From: a virus
Length of the DNA stretch: 64,000 bases
Strand: one strand, 5' to 3'
Virus record (IMG/VR): IMGVR_UViG_3300038443_001768
The notes beneath the pieces were generated by a model that saw nothing but the letters and a program-made list of their open reading frames with translations, had not been told where the DNA came from and did no database searches. Both the position numbers and the translations under genes were made by a program. Positions 9,177 to 18,542 of this stretch are shown here, piece after piece (positions within the stretch are counted from its first letter, which is position 1; each line of letters starts with the position of its first letter).

Positions 9177-9471
9177 GCTAGCCTCGATAGCCGGGGTTCT
9201 GTTCCGCTGACGCGGCGCTGACCATCCATCTACGCCTCGCGGCGTCCGTCATCTCTCAACGTGACGGTTCTCTCACCATGACCTCCTCCGGGTGTCCTCA
9301 GGAGGTCGAACTTGAGATCTCATCCAGGCCTCGGCGAACTGCTGGCTTATTAGGCTTTGCTCTCGTGGTCCAAGCGGCCAAAGACCTCCCACCGGCCGTT
9401 TACGTCGAGTTAGCCCCGACGTGGATGCCCCGAACTTCCTCTACGTCTCCGCAGCGGCCAGCCCGGCTAGC
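9177..9471 (-). ncRNA. rnpB: RNase P RNA (divergent, minimised), ~295 nt
   Basis: CR-I GAGGAAGUUCGGGG (9441-9428) and CR-V ACAGAACCCCGGCUAU (9202-9187) form P4 with the bulged U; P1 GCUAGCC/GGCUAGC; P2 GCUGGCC/GGUCAGC; P3 and P18 GNRA hairpins; J18/2 AGAUGGAUG. Confidence 0.88.
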
Positions 9472-9670
9472 CCTGTGACTCTAGCAGATATCGAATCTCG
9501 TTCAAGGCTCTGATCGCGTCTACTTCGGGCGCTCCGCCTTCAGGCGAGTCTGCGCCTGCGATGCGCATCAGCGACATCACCGCGCAGACTAGCGTGGCGT
9601 CCTCGAACTTCAGTAGTTCCTTGGATGGCGCGGCTTCGTAGACTTCATCGACCGAGAAGCGTGTGAACAT
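9467..9670 (-). CDS. Hypothetical protein
   Basis: Coupled ORF; its stop codon lies inside the 5' strand of RNase P P1. Confidence 0.7.
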   Translation of the reverse strand: MFTRFSVDEVYEAAPSKELLKFEDATLVCAVMSLMRIAGADSPEGGAPEVDAIRALNEIRYLLESQG

Positions 9671-9918
9671 TACGGTGAGTTCGACTCCAACGGGTATAGC
9701 GCCTGGAAGGCTTCGATGTTGAGCGAGAAGCCATAGTTTATGACCTCGTCGCCCACACGCTGAAGCACAACCGTACCAACACCAGGAACGACGATGTCGA
9801 TGTCCTGCTCGGTTCGTCCGTCTCCATAGTCGCGAGGCTCGTGATAATCGATCTCGGCGTCGACCTGTTTAGTGTCAACAGGCCGCGCGGACACGAAGCT
9901 CACGTTCCAGAGTTGCAA
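9670..9918 (-). CDS. Hypothetical protein
   Basis: ORF in operon; start uncertain. Confidence 0.6.
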   Translation of the reverse strand: MQLWNVSFVSARPVDTKQVDAEIDYHEPRDYGDGRTEQDIDIVVPGVGTVVLQRVGDEVINYGFSLNIEAFQALYPLESNSP

Positions 9919-10408
9919 GGCCGATCAATAGCTTGGCGTTGTCGGCTTCGTCGATGGTCTTGCGTAGGTCACGTAGTTCGATCCCGTAGCTACGGACGTC
10001 CTCCTCGACGTCATACTCAACACCCTCAGCCTTCGATAGATCAGTCGCCAGGTAGAGGTGCGTGAACTCGTCGGTGATGCCCTCGGAGGTGTAGAAACCG
10101 GCCGCGTAGTACCACCGCTTCGCGGTCAGGCAGAACTCTTCGGCAAGCTCGCGCATCGCCGCCTCAAGATGATCCTCGCCTGGGTCGATCTTGCCTGCAC
10201 ACAACGAGACAACGCGCCGGCCAGTGACCTCGCGCGGCTGCTCGCCGACGTAGAAGAACTCGTCATCAAAGGGCAGCACGGCGACAACATCGCCAGGCGC
10301 GGCCCATTCCCGCTCGACCGTGGTTCCGTCCTCGCGCTGGAAGACACCCCACTTGACCGAGAACCGCCGGCCCTCGTAGTGTGTCTTCTCAAGAAGCTTC
10401 TTGATCAT
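9875..10408 (-). CDS. Nudix hydrolase, ADP-ribose pyrophosphatase (NudF)-like
   Basis: Nudix box GKIDPGEDHLEAAMRELAEE; FYTSEGITDE; EQPR motif. Confidence 0.88.
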   Translation of the reverse strand: MIKKLLEKTHYEGRRFSVKWGVFQREDGTTVEREWAAPGDVVAVLPFDDEFFYVGEQPREVTGRRVVSLCAGKIDPGEDHLEAAMRELAEEFCLTAKRWYYAAGFYTSEGITDEFTHLYLATDLSKAEGVEYDVEEDVRSYGIELRDLRKTIDEADNAKLLIGLATLERELRVRAAC

Positions 10409-10683
10409 CTAGACAACTCTTTCCAGCGGTTGACGCGAGCGACGAGGTCCGGGCGGCCCCAGAAGTTCGGCGACGTGGCCCTCACGGTGTCGGCGGCGTC
10501 TTCAAGCGCGCCCTGTAAGGCCCCGATGAGTGGCGCAAGCTCCTCGTACACATAGTCAGCATATCGGTCGGCGGCGATCAAGGACATGCGATAGCCGGCC
10601 AGAGAGCGTTCTAGCTCCTCGTAGTCATCCCGGATTCGGTTGGCAGCGCGATCCAGCGCTGCGTTGATGTCAGTTGCGGACAA
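10405..10683 (-). CDS. Hypothetical helical protein
   Basis: Coupled ORF. Confidence 0.65.
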   Translation of the reverse strand: MSATDINAALDRAANRIRDDYEELERSLAGYRMSLIAADRYADYVYEELAPLIGALQGALEDAADTVRATSPNFWGRPDLVARVNRWKELSR

Positions 10684-10960
10684 CGGTGAACCTCGCAGTC
10701 GCTGTGTTGGCTTCGATGTAGTCGTGCTCGGCCTGCGCGTGTTCGATCCTCAGTCGGAGCGCTTCAATGGCGCGCTCTTCGGTCTTGTGCCCGCGCACCG
10801 CGTACGAGCGCGGAAAGCGTGCCCGCCGAATACGACGTCCCTCGTCATCGATTGCTGGCTTGATCTCTGTGGCCTCAGCGGCCCAGAGCCACTTACGGCC
10901 GATCGCGACGTGTCTGCGTTCGGGGTAGACACGGACCGTGAACTCGATTTCAGCCGACAT
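10670..10960 (-). CDS. Hypothetical protein
   Basis: Coupled ORF. Confidence 0.65.
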   Translation of the reverse strand: MSAEIEFTVRVYPERRHVAIGRKWLWAAEATEIKPAIDDEGRRIRRARFPRSYAVRGHKTEERAIEALRLRIEHAQAEHDYIEANTATARFTVVRN

Positions 10961-11189
10961 CGCGGATCACCGTCAGTAGCTCGCGCGCGACATCGGTGCC
11001 GTGCTTCTCGCGGGCCTCGATGCCGGCCTCGAAGCCCTTCAGATAGGCTTCGCGCTCGCCGTCGGTGCGCCGAACGATAGCGCTCTCGGCGCTCGGCTGT
11101 GACCAGCCGCGACTGTCGACGTCGTTGGGACAGCCAGGCCAGTGCGTACCGGTGTGGGTGCCGCAGGTAGAACAGCTTCTACCGCCCAC
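10950..11189 (-). CDS. Hypothetical protein with CxxC...HxxxC motif
   Basis: 3' part of track ORF 10950-11405. Confidence 0.55.
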   Translation of the reverse strand: MGGRSCSTCGTHTGTHWPGCPNDVDSRGWSQPSAESAIVRRTDGEREAYLKGFEAGIEAREKHGTDVARELLTVIRDVG

Positions 11190-11301
11190 GTAGATACTCC
11201 GTGTACGAGCATCGCGTGCAGTGCATCTCTGTGAAGTCGTGCGTGAACGCCGGATGCCCACAGAACGGCCTTCGCAGCCAACGCAGAATGATCTCCATCC
11301 T

Positions 11302-11694
11302 CTATGTCCTTTCCTCGTGAATGGTCTCGACCGGTATACCCATGCTGCGAGCAAGCTCGACTGTGTGATCGGTTCCGTTAGAGCGCCCAGTAGCGCGGAA
11401 GGCAATCACTCGATCAGGAAGGAACGAATTCAGCATCCGTCGGTTACGTCGTAGCGGCGCGACGCGCGGATTCGGTCCATCGACACCGGTCGTGCCTCCC
11501 CGGATTGGAAATGGCCACTGTTTGATTCCGAGCGCCGCGGCTGCCGTTTCGACCAACAGGTCAGCACCGCCGCCGGGCGACTTCCCGTGTGCGATCTCAA
11601 GGCCGTCGCCCCATTTGCGCTGAAGCTTGACCAGCGTCTCGCGTACCGTCTCGTAGTCTCGCCAATGTCTTGAGCCTGTGAAGCAGATCCTCAT
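11302..11694 (-). CDS. SLOG-family protein (YspA/DUF2493-like)
   Basis: ICFTGSRHW...IAHG...GAD...RNRRML...IAF...SNGTDHTVELA. Confidence 0.85.
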   Translation of the reverse strand: MRICFTGSRHWRDYETVRETLVKLQRKWGDGLEIAHGKSPGGGADLLVETAAAALGIKQWPFPIRGGTTGVDGPNPRVAPLRRNRRMLNSFLPDRVIAFRATGRSNGTDHTVELARSMGIPVETIHEERT

Positions 11695-11816
11695 TCAATC
11701 AATCCAGGTCGGGGTCCAGAGCGCGCAGCAGTCACGCCGAGCGCAATAGATGGTCCCGCTTGGGTAGGCTCGTGTCCAGTCGTGTCGTCCGATGGCGCAC
11801 AAAATCCGCGACAGCA

Positions 11817-12029
11817 CTAATCCTCCAGCCCGCAGCGCGGACAGCAGTGGCGCATTGCGTAGCATACGACGCAGTCTGGGGGGTCATTGTCGCCCTCGAT
11901 GACGCTCCCGTCGAGCGGCGTGCCGCAGTAGGCCACATCCGGCGAACATGCACAAAAGTAGTGCGTGAACTCGTCGTCGTCCTCGATGCTGCCGAGGTCG
12001 AGGATGATGTCTTCATCCAGTAGCGTCAT
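11817..12029 (-). CDS. Small Cys-rich protein
   Basis: HYFCAC...AYCG...DCVVC. Confidence 0.65.
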   Translation of the reverse strand: MTLLDEDIILDLGSIEDDDEFTHYFCACSPDVAYCGTPLDGSVIEGDNDPPDCVVCYAMRHCCPRCGLED

Positions 12030-12241
12030 CGCTTCCTCCCGAACACGGCGGCCGAGAAGAGAACACCGCCCGCGGTTAGCGGAGTCGCCTGATAGTGCAC
12101 CTCAGGCACCTCGCCGGCCTTTTGGACGCGCTCGACGACTTGATTGAAGCGAAAACTGAAGTCATGGAAGTCGCTGCTCTTCACGAACCAGTAGCTGCCG
12201 ATCTCGCCTCTTGTGCGCGGGCTACGCCTTAGGATGCTCAT
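12026..12241 (-). CDS. Hypothetical protein (paralog of 12238-12423)
   Basis: EVHYQ...FSAAVFGR. Confidence 0.65.
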   Translation of the reverse strand: MSILRRSPRTRGEIGSYWFVKSSDFHDFSFRFNQVVERVQKAGEVPEVHYQATPLTAGGVLFSAAVFGRKR

Positions 12242-12423
12242 CGTTCCCTCTCAATGACTAGTGCTGAGTAACGTGTTGTTGTGTTACCGGCGCGGCTGGT
12301 CGAGAATTGAATTTCGGCTAGATGATTATCGCCCTGTATGTTCTTGATGCGTTCCGTGAGCACGTCGTGGAAGTGCGAGCCGTCGGTGTCACTGATCAGG
12401 GAGGTTGCGATGACCTTGGTCAC
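12238..12423 (-). CDS. Hypothetical protein
   Basis: EIQFS...YSALVIER. Confidence 0.65.
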   Translation of the reverse strand: MTKVIATSLISDTDGSHFHDVLTERIKNIQGDNHLAEIQFSTSRAGNTTTRYSALVIERER

Positions 12424-12806
12424 GCCGCCTCGCTCATGTTGTTGAACTTATCAAGCGTGCGCAGGTAGTACTCCTCGACCGTCATGCCTGTGTTGGGGAT
12501 CACTTGTACGGATCGATCATCCCAAAGCTCGACCATGCCGAAGTCCTTCTCGTTGGTGATTTCGAGCGCCTGTCCTACATGCTCGATCAGCCACGCACGG
12601 ACGTAGGACCTGGCCTGCTCGCGCTCAGGTCCCTTCCCGCCGACCCGAGCCGTCACGATTCGCACCTCGATGCCGTCGGCGAGCCAATCCTTGACGCGCT
12701 GAACCATCGCTGGTACAGGACGACCGATATGTTCGATTCCCTGCCAGCCCTCGTAGACCGCGAGTGTTCCGTCGAGATCGACGCCAATCCAGCCTTTACT
12801 GATCAC
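12420..12806 (-). CDS. HAD-superfamily phosphatase (Pnk phosphatase-like)
   Basis: WIGVDLDGTLA (DxD), VTAR, WDDRSV motifs. Confidence 0.85.
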   Translation of the reverse strand: MISKGWIGVDLDGTLAVYEGWQGIEHIGRPVPAMVQRVKDWLADGIEVRIVTARVGGKGPEREQARSYVRAWLIEHVGQALEITNEKDFGMVELWDDRSVQVIPNTGMTVEEYYLRTLDKFNNMSEAA

Positions 12807-13086
12807 GGCTTAGCTTGTTGTAGAAGTTGTCGGCTGTTTCGTTCATACGTTGAAGTTCCTCCTTCGCGGCCCGCATGACGGATTCAATCGCAGCCTTGGT
12901 CTCGGCGTCGACCTCGTCGAGCCGTGTGCCGCACATTGAGGTCCTGTATTCGGCGTCAAGCTCTTCGAGCTTGGCCTTCATCTCTTCCTTGACCGTATCG
13001 GCCCTGATCTTTTCGTCGGCCAGCAAGGACGCGAACTCCGCCGAGGCGTGAGGCTGATCGTCACGGCTATCGTCGATCCGCATCAT
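12796..13086 (-). CDS. Coiled-coil hypothetical protein
   Basis: Charged helical ORF, coupled. Confidence 0.65.
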   Translation of the reverse strand: MMRIDDSRDDQPHASAEFASLLADEKIRADTVKEEMKAKLEELDAEYRTSMCGTRLDEVDAETKAAIESVMRAAKEELQRMNETADNFYNKLSRDQ

Positions 13087-13466
13087 GCGTATCCGATCTC
13101 TCGAAGTAGCCGCTGCGCGATGATCTTCGCCCGCCGGTATGTGTACTCACCGTACGAGGGCGAGTTCCATCCCTCCTCACGGAAGATGGACCACGAGAAT
13201 TCCTTGATTGGTCGTCCTCGCGCCCGACGAAAGTGACACCAGTGACGCCGTGCGGTCCTCACGCTCTGTGGTCCATAGATGTCGAGCAGTTTCCCGTTTG
13301 GCATCTTCACCATTGCGTGCACGTCAGGCCGGCCCCAGGAGTCCTGAAACGCAACGATCGGCCAACCAGTCAGCAGGTGTAGCGCCCGCGCCAGGTAGTG
13401 GCAGTCGCCGCACGTGAAGCGCTCTTCGTCAAGTTCGGTGCCGACGAGCGGCTTGCGATCAACCAT
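13083..13466 (-). CDS. Conserved phage protein with C...H...D motif
   Basis: FTCGDCHYLARAL...GWPI...HAMV...LLDIYG. Confidence 0.7.
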   Translation of the reverse strand: MVDRKPLVGTELDEERFTCGDCHYLARALHLLTGWPIVAFQDSWGRPDVHAMVKMPNGKLLDIYGPQSVRTARRHWCHFRRARGRPIKEFSWSIFREEGWNSPSYGEYTYRRAKIIAQRLLREIGYA

Positions 13467-13565
13467 TGAAGATGTCGCGAATCGTGGCCTTGATCAGCCC
13501 CAGGCCGAGACCAACGAGCACGCATGAGCCCACGAACAGGCACACGTCGGCCATCAGATCCAACA

Positions 13566-13844
13566 TCAAGCCGTCACCGACACATTGTCGTGCGCGAAGT
13601 CGAGGATCTCGCGGATCAGTTCACCGAAATCGAGACCGTCGAGGTCGATCCACATTGTGCCGACCCATGTCCGCTGTGTCGCCTCTGGCGTCAACCACAC
13701 GGTCGCACCCTTCGTGGCTGGATCGCACGTGATGTCTGAGTACCAGTATTCGTCGGTCTCCTCGAATTCGACGTTGGAGATGTCAGAGACGGGGATGTCT
13801 AGTCGCTGCGCGGCCCACGCCCGCAGCGCGTCTTCGATCGGCAT
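13566..13844 (-). CDS. Hypothetical protein
   Basis: Leaderless start after TTGACT-N16-TAGGCT. Confidence 0.7.
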   Translation of the reverse strand: MPIEDALRAWAAQRLDIPVSDISNVEFEETDEYWYSDITCDPATKGATVWLTPEATQRTWVGTMWIDLDGLDFGELIREILDFAHDNVSVTA

Positions 13845-14031
13845 TCACGAAAGCCTATCAGGCCTCCGTGGAAAGTCAAGTCAGAGTTCGAGCCGATAGA
13901 AGCCCAGCGTCGCCGCCGCAGCGGAAGCAACACAGAGCGCTTCGGTTAGGCCGTCGTAGGGCCGACCCACTACTACACAGACGCAGTACCAGGCAAAGCC
14001 GGCCATTGAGGCGGAGAGCAGACGCATCTTT

Positions 14032-14256
14032 CTATACTAGCGTATCGATACCGTTCTTGCGTGCTTCGCGGTAGGCGCGACGCGTGATCGCAAGCGCGGC
14101 AACGAACGCGCGCATCGGGTCGCTGCCGCCCAAGTACTTCGACGACGTCATCCACACGATCGGGCGGCCGTCGTCATCGACGGCAGGAATCGCTGCGCAG
14201 ATCACACCTTCTTCGCACGCACGCCGCATGAACTCGTATGGGTCGCTGATGGTCAT
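14032..14256 (-). CDS. Hypothetical protein
   Basis: ATGA overlap; MTISDPYEFMRR. Confidence 0.6.
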   Translation of the reverse strand: MTISDPYEFMRRACEEGVICAAIPAVDDDGRPIVWMTSSKYLGGSDPMRAFVAALAITRRAYREARKNGIDTLV

Positions 14257-14498
14257 AGTTTGACCTCGAAGAACGGAATGTGCGCCTCGCGCCCATCCAC
14301 GTCGTGGCCTTCCTCGTGTGCCTCGCGCCCGTCGTATGAGTTGTGTGTAACGAGCCAGCCGCCGAGGTTGAAGCCTTCGCCGCTTTCCCATCGCCGGCTA
14401 GGCAAGCAGGGGCAATAACGGTCTGCGATGTGGAAGGCCGCGTCCATCATTGGTACGACGTGTGCGTCACCGCTGGTGGTTTTGAAGGCTTCCCACAT
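14253..14498 (-). CDS. Small His/Cys phage protein
   Basis: HVVP...H...CPCLP...HNSYDGRE; AGGAG RBS. Confidence 0.7.
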   Translation of the reverse strand: MWEAFKTTSGDAHVVPMMDAAFHIADRYCPCLPSRRWESGEGFNLGGWLVTHNSYDGREAHEEGHDVDGREAHIPFFEVKL

Positions 14499-14540
14499 CC
14501 GACGATCTCCTGTACCCCTATGAAAGTCCGCCCGACGCGC

Positions 14541-14891
14541 TCACGCTACGCCCCAAAGGCCACGATTGGTGAGCCAGAGAAGCTCGCGTCCCGACGCTCG
14601 CCATTCCGTGAGGGCCTTGTATGCTACCTCTTGCTCAGTGGTTAGTCGCTTGCTACCAAAGACGGCAAGCTTGGCGTCAAGCGGATCGTTTGTATGCAGG
14701 TCCGACACCGAGTGCATCAGATGGACGATCCAGTAGTGGACGTTGCGGTGGCAGGTAGGGCAGAGTTCGACCGTGTCGCGATCGAAGAGCGCGTTTGAGT
14801 TGATCGCCGCCTGCCAGGCCTGAGGCACGACGTGGTGCCGCTCCGTGGTGAGCGGTCGTGGTCGGTGAAACTTCCTCGCCGTGCATGCCAT
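14541..14891 (-). CDS. HNH-like protein
   Basis: ERHHVVP...LCPTCHRNVH. Confidence 0.7.
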   Translation of the reverse strand: MACTARKFHRPRPLTTERHHVVPQAWQAAINSNALFDRDTVELCPTCHRNVHYWIVHLMHSVSDLHTNDPLDAKLAVFGSKRLTTEQEVAYKALTEWRASGRELLWLTNRGLWGVA

Positions 14892-15099
14892 GGACGAATA
14901 GTACGCTTCGGTTCGACGAGTTCGTCAAAACCCATCTCCGCCTCGTGAGCATCGAGGCCTTGGGCTTGAGTTCGTAATCGTGGTGATGACGATTGTCGGG
15001 CTCGTTTGGTTCGCCCGCCGTCGAGATCAGGGCGCTGGCTTCCGCCCGCCAACACTGTTGTTCCGGGCGGCTCATGGACCCCTATGAAAGTCATCGGGC

Positions 15100-17340
15100 G
15101 CTGTCGTTATTGGTATCGGTTTGGTGCCTGTCGGTGGAGGCTTCGTACCACTTCTTATTTTTCCTCTCCTGTGTGGCACCAGCAACGCGTTCCTTGAGCC
15201 CCTCCCACTGCTGAGGACGTTTTTCTAGTCAACAACCCTAACAAACCAAACCCGCTCATGGAGCCATTTCCCTTACTGGTCCTGTGGATGTCCACTATGT
15301 TGGGGTTCTTAGTGGTCCAGTTTGTGTTCCTGTATGCCTTTACAGTCATGTAAAGGGAGAATGAGTGGGGGCGCACTGAGACGTCCCCCACATTCCCCAC
15401 AACCCCCCACGACCGACTCAACGCAACCATCACTCGACCCCCTAGACGCCCCTCGCCTACCCCGCTCTGAGAGAGCGCCGACGCCCGCTCTGACGTCCAT
15501 AGACAGACTCAGCCGTCCGTACCTACTGCCGACGCATCCCGTGCGCTTAGAGCGGACGAGAATGGCTTTCGTATCCGTCACTGCTACAGATGGGCGGCCG
15601 AATCGGGTACTAGGGATGCCCTCTGGGGGTATGGGTTGCGTTGGGATCAAGTCATAGCGGTTGGTCCGATGGATCGGATTTGGCTCAAACGCTTGACCTC
15701 GACGCGAACATAGGTTCGCTGGGGTCGAGTTCGCCTATAACAGCGTTCGCATCTCAGGCGAACACAGGCTAAATGTTCGCTGAGAACAGAGCGTCTACGC
15801 GCCAAAGTAGCCGGTATGCGCCGCCCATACCCCCATTTCCCATCCATCGGGTGTAGGTACCGACGCCTACATAGGCTGTCTATATGATGTCCTAGGCCTA
15901 GGACTACATGTTGAGATTTGGCTCTACTAGGCCAAATGCGACCGCAACGGTTGCAGTTGCGCAAGCAACGACGTTTCGCCGCAGGCGAAACCAGCAACCC
16001 TAGGGTTGCGGATGGCCGGAAAACCAAGTCCTACATGTTGCGCTCAGAGCCCTTACGTGGCAAGGCATTGCGAGTACTTATACGCCAATGGCTCCATCTT
16101 ATCCCTGTACAGGGGGCGCTCTCACGCGTGTAATGGGCGGCGGCAACCGCTGGACTGGCAATCTCGGCCGCAGCGGAACCGGGGAGAGCGATCCCCCGGG
16201 GGTTCCATCGGAATCGGCATATGCCAGACGCGGTCATCCGCCGTCACTCGCCTAGTGCGTCTCCCAGTGACACCGGACAGACAGGGAGTCAGTCCCCCGG
16301 ATGACCCGCGTATCGAAACTCCGCTAGTCGGCACGGACCCTAGGTCCGGCGAACGCAAGCAACGCGTGCCAGTGCGGCGGAGCGCACTGCCCCGGTCAAG
16401 TAACCAATGCCTATAACTAGGCACGGACTCCGGGAGCAAAGGTGACTAGTCAATGTCATTGACTTCCAAATCACGTTGTAGAACTACGCGTCTCACGCGT
16501 ACGCGCGTCTCACGGGACAGCGCCGACTCACGCCAAAGACCCGAACCCCTCGCACGATCAATGACCCCCAACGACGGGGATTCACGATCAACGCCTAGGG
16601 GTCGATCACGGACAAAGAGCGGCGCGCCCAAAGAGCGAACCGGACACAAAGAGCGAACGTAGGACTATGACAATGAGAGTAGGAGGATACGAACGGATGA
16701 CTAGTAGAAGTGCCCATCTGCCTCTCACGCGTAGGCCTAGGCCTAGTGCGATGCGCGTCATGCAGCCGATTGGTGGGCAACAAAGCAATGACCATAACAA
16801 CCGTGTCCTCACTCACTCGACGATGCGACGAAAGCGAACCCCTTCATTCCTGCCCCGCTACGGCGGACGTTAGGCGTAGGGCTACCGAGTAGTTGATCGA
16901 CAACGTCGAGCCGATCACGGCAGTGGCACTGACTACCGAATCTCACGACCGCTGAGAGCGTCTCACGATTCGGTCGAGCGTCTCACGGACGCGTCGCACG
17001 GTTACACGCGCGTGTAACGGATGGCCGATCCTCTCCGCCGATGGGCGGACCGATCGAACCCCCACCCGTTGGACGCTCTGCCGCGCGACCCCTAGGAGCG
17101 AACCGACCGACTCAATGAGCGAACCCCGGACAATGACAGTAGGTAGACAATGACATTGACTTGACGGAAGCCAAGAGCGTCAATTCAGGATGTCGTCGGG
17201 GTAGCGCCCGACCAACGGTAAGTTATAGGTCATGGTCGGTGGTCCGGCCAAACGTTGCTTTGCCTATAACTTGCAGGCGGCGCCTTGGGGTTCGATTCCC
17301 TAGGGCGCCTTTTGGTTCAACCCTAACTAGGGAGTACTTG
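15100..17340. other. Non-coding divergence region (candidate genome terminus/origin/early control region)
   Basis: Coding strand switches here; no credible ORF; C-rich tract, many CTAG sites, CAATGA, GCGAAC and TCTCACG repeats. Confidence 0.7.
17195..17313 (+). ncRNA. Structured leader ending in 12-bp T-loop minihelix
   Basis: Stems 17195-17212, 17218-17230/17262-17274, and GGCGCCTTGGGG-TTCGATT-CCCTAGGGCGCC-TTTT (17279-17313). Confidence 0.6.
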
Positions 17341-17341
17341 T

Positions 17342-17629
17342 ATGCATTCCTCTCGTTACGCTCGGCTGGTCGATGCGGCGGACGCAATGTCGGCGCGCGT
17401 TCTGGGGTTCTACGTCCCCGATGACTGGTCGGAAGACGTTTCCCCGCGCGGCGTCGTTCTGATGGTGCGCGACTTCGCTCCGCATTACGCGGTGCACGAC
17501 TTCGAGGCAGCCGCGGTCGACGACGTCATCCGCGATGGTCGTACGTTCGAACACCAAGTCGAAGCGCTGAGCGCTTTCGCGCGGTCATGCGATGACGCGT
17601 TCCTGGCGTCGATCGATTTGGCGGGATGA
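17342..17629 (+). CDS. Hypothetical early protein
   Basis: GGGAG RBS; first plus-strand gene. Confidence 0.7.
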   Translation: MHSSRYARLVDAADAMSARVLGFYVPDDWSEDVSPRGVVLMVRDFAPHYAVHDFEAAAVDDVIRDGRTFEHQVEALSAFARSCDDAFLASIDLAG

Positions 17630-17853
17630 GCGATGACTTGTCACCCCTCCGCCGACGTCGTCTGTTCCGCCGCCGGCTCGACTACAGCGTCTGGCGCTGT
17701 CGTCGCCGCAATCGTCTTTGGGATGGTCCTCCTAATGGCGATCCTTCCCGCCTACGTCCTGTACAGGCGGGACCGATGATCGGCCGTCTACGGCGGCGCG
17801 CGCTACGCCTCGTGCTTGGTGAGGAAATCTACGCATTGGTCACGAATGACTGA
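17626..17853 (+). CDS. Arg-rich hypothetical protein
   Basis: ATGA overlap. Confidence 0.5.
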   Translation: MSDDLSPLRRRRLFRRRLDYSVWRCRRRNRLWDGPPNGDPSRLRPVQAGPMIGRLRRRALRLVLGEEIYALVTND

Positions 17854-17940
17854 TGCTGAGTACGCCTCACTGGCCGCGATCGCCATGGCCTACATGCTGG
17901 CCATGGATGAGTAGTTCCATCACAACTCGAAAGGTGCATC

Positions 17941-18342
17941 ATGTCCTACAAGTACGCTGCTCTCATCATCGGCGCATGCTGGGCCGTGTCGTTCGGTCTC
18001 GTCGGCGCGTCGATGGCGCGCGCCGAGACTCAGCAGCGGTACCCGAACGGTCACTGCTACGGGTACGCGGTTCCGTCCCTGGATTGCGTGTCACCGGACT
18101 GGACGGGGGTCGTTCAGCGCTGGTCGTCGATGCACGTTCCGGCCGATCGGCGCGGTTCGGACGTCCAGTGTTACTCCGCCGTCTCGGGACGTCCCTACGT
18201 GCAGCGCATCGGCGCGTTCGGTCCCTACTGGACGGCGTTCGCGCACGGGCATGACGTCGCGGTCGCGGCCTACGATCGGGTGCATCATGACTTCGTCAAC
18301 ATGACTCACCGGTCAGTGATCTGCGCAAGCTGGGCCGACTAA
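17941..18342 (+). CDS. Secreted hypothetical protein
   Basis: Signal peptide ending ARA; AAAGG RBS. Confidence 0.75.
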   Translation: MSYKYAALIIGACWAVSFGLVGASMARAETQQRYPNGHCYGYAVPSLDCVSPDWTGVVQRWSSMHVPADRRGSDVQCYSAVSGRPYVQRIGAFGPYWTAFAHGHDVAVAAYDRVHHDFVNMTHRSVICASWAD

Positions 18343-18542
18343 TGCTCCTAAAGGGGCGTACCCGCACCGGCGAGACCGTGCATGCGGTTGAGTCTCTGCC
18401 CAACGATCCGACGCCACTAGGACACTCGCACGGGCGGTTCCGTCCGGCCCTATGCGGGGCATTGGTGCGTCCGACGCAACACCGCTTCACAGGCAACGAA
18501 CCGCGCGCGTGCAAGCGCTGTCGCGCGCTCGCTAGCGGCTAG
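18342..18542 (+). CDS. Small Zn-binding protein
   Basis: VHA...ALCG...CKRC. Confidence 0.7.
   Translation: MLLKGRTRTGETVHAVESLPNDPTPLGHSHGRFRPALCGALVRPTQHRFTGNEPRACKRCRALASG

Noticed and set aside
17240-17313. tRNA gene suggested by GGTTCGATTCC
   Set aside because: No D-arm or anticodon arm in register and no CCA; only a 12-bp T-loop hairpin, reported as a minihelix instead
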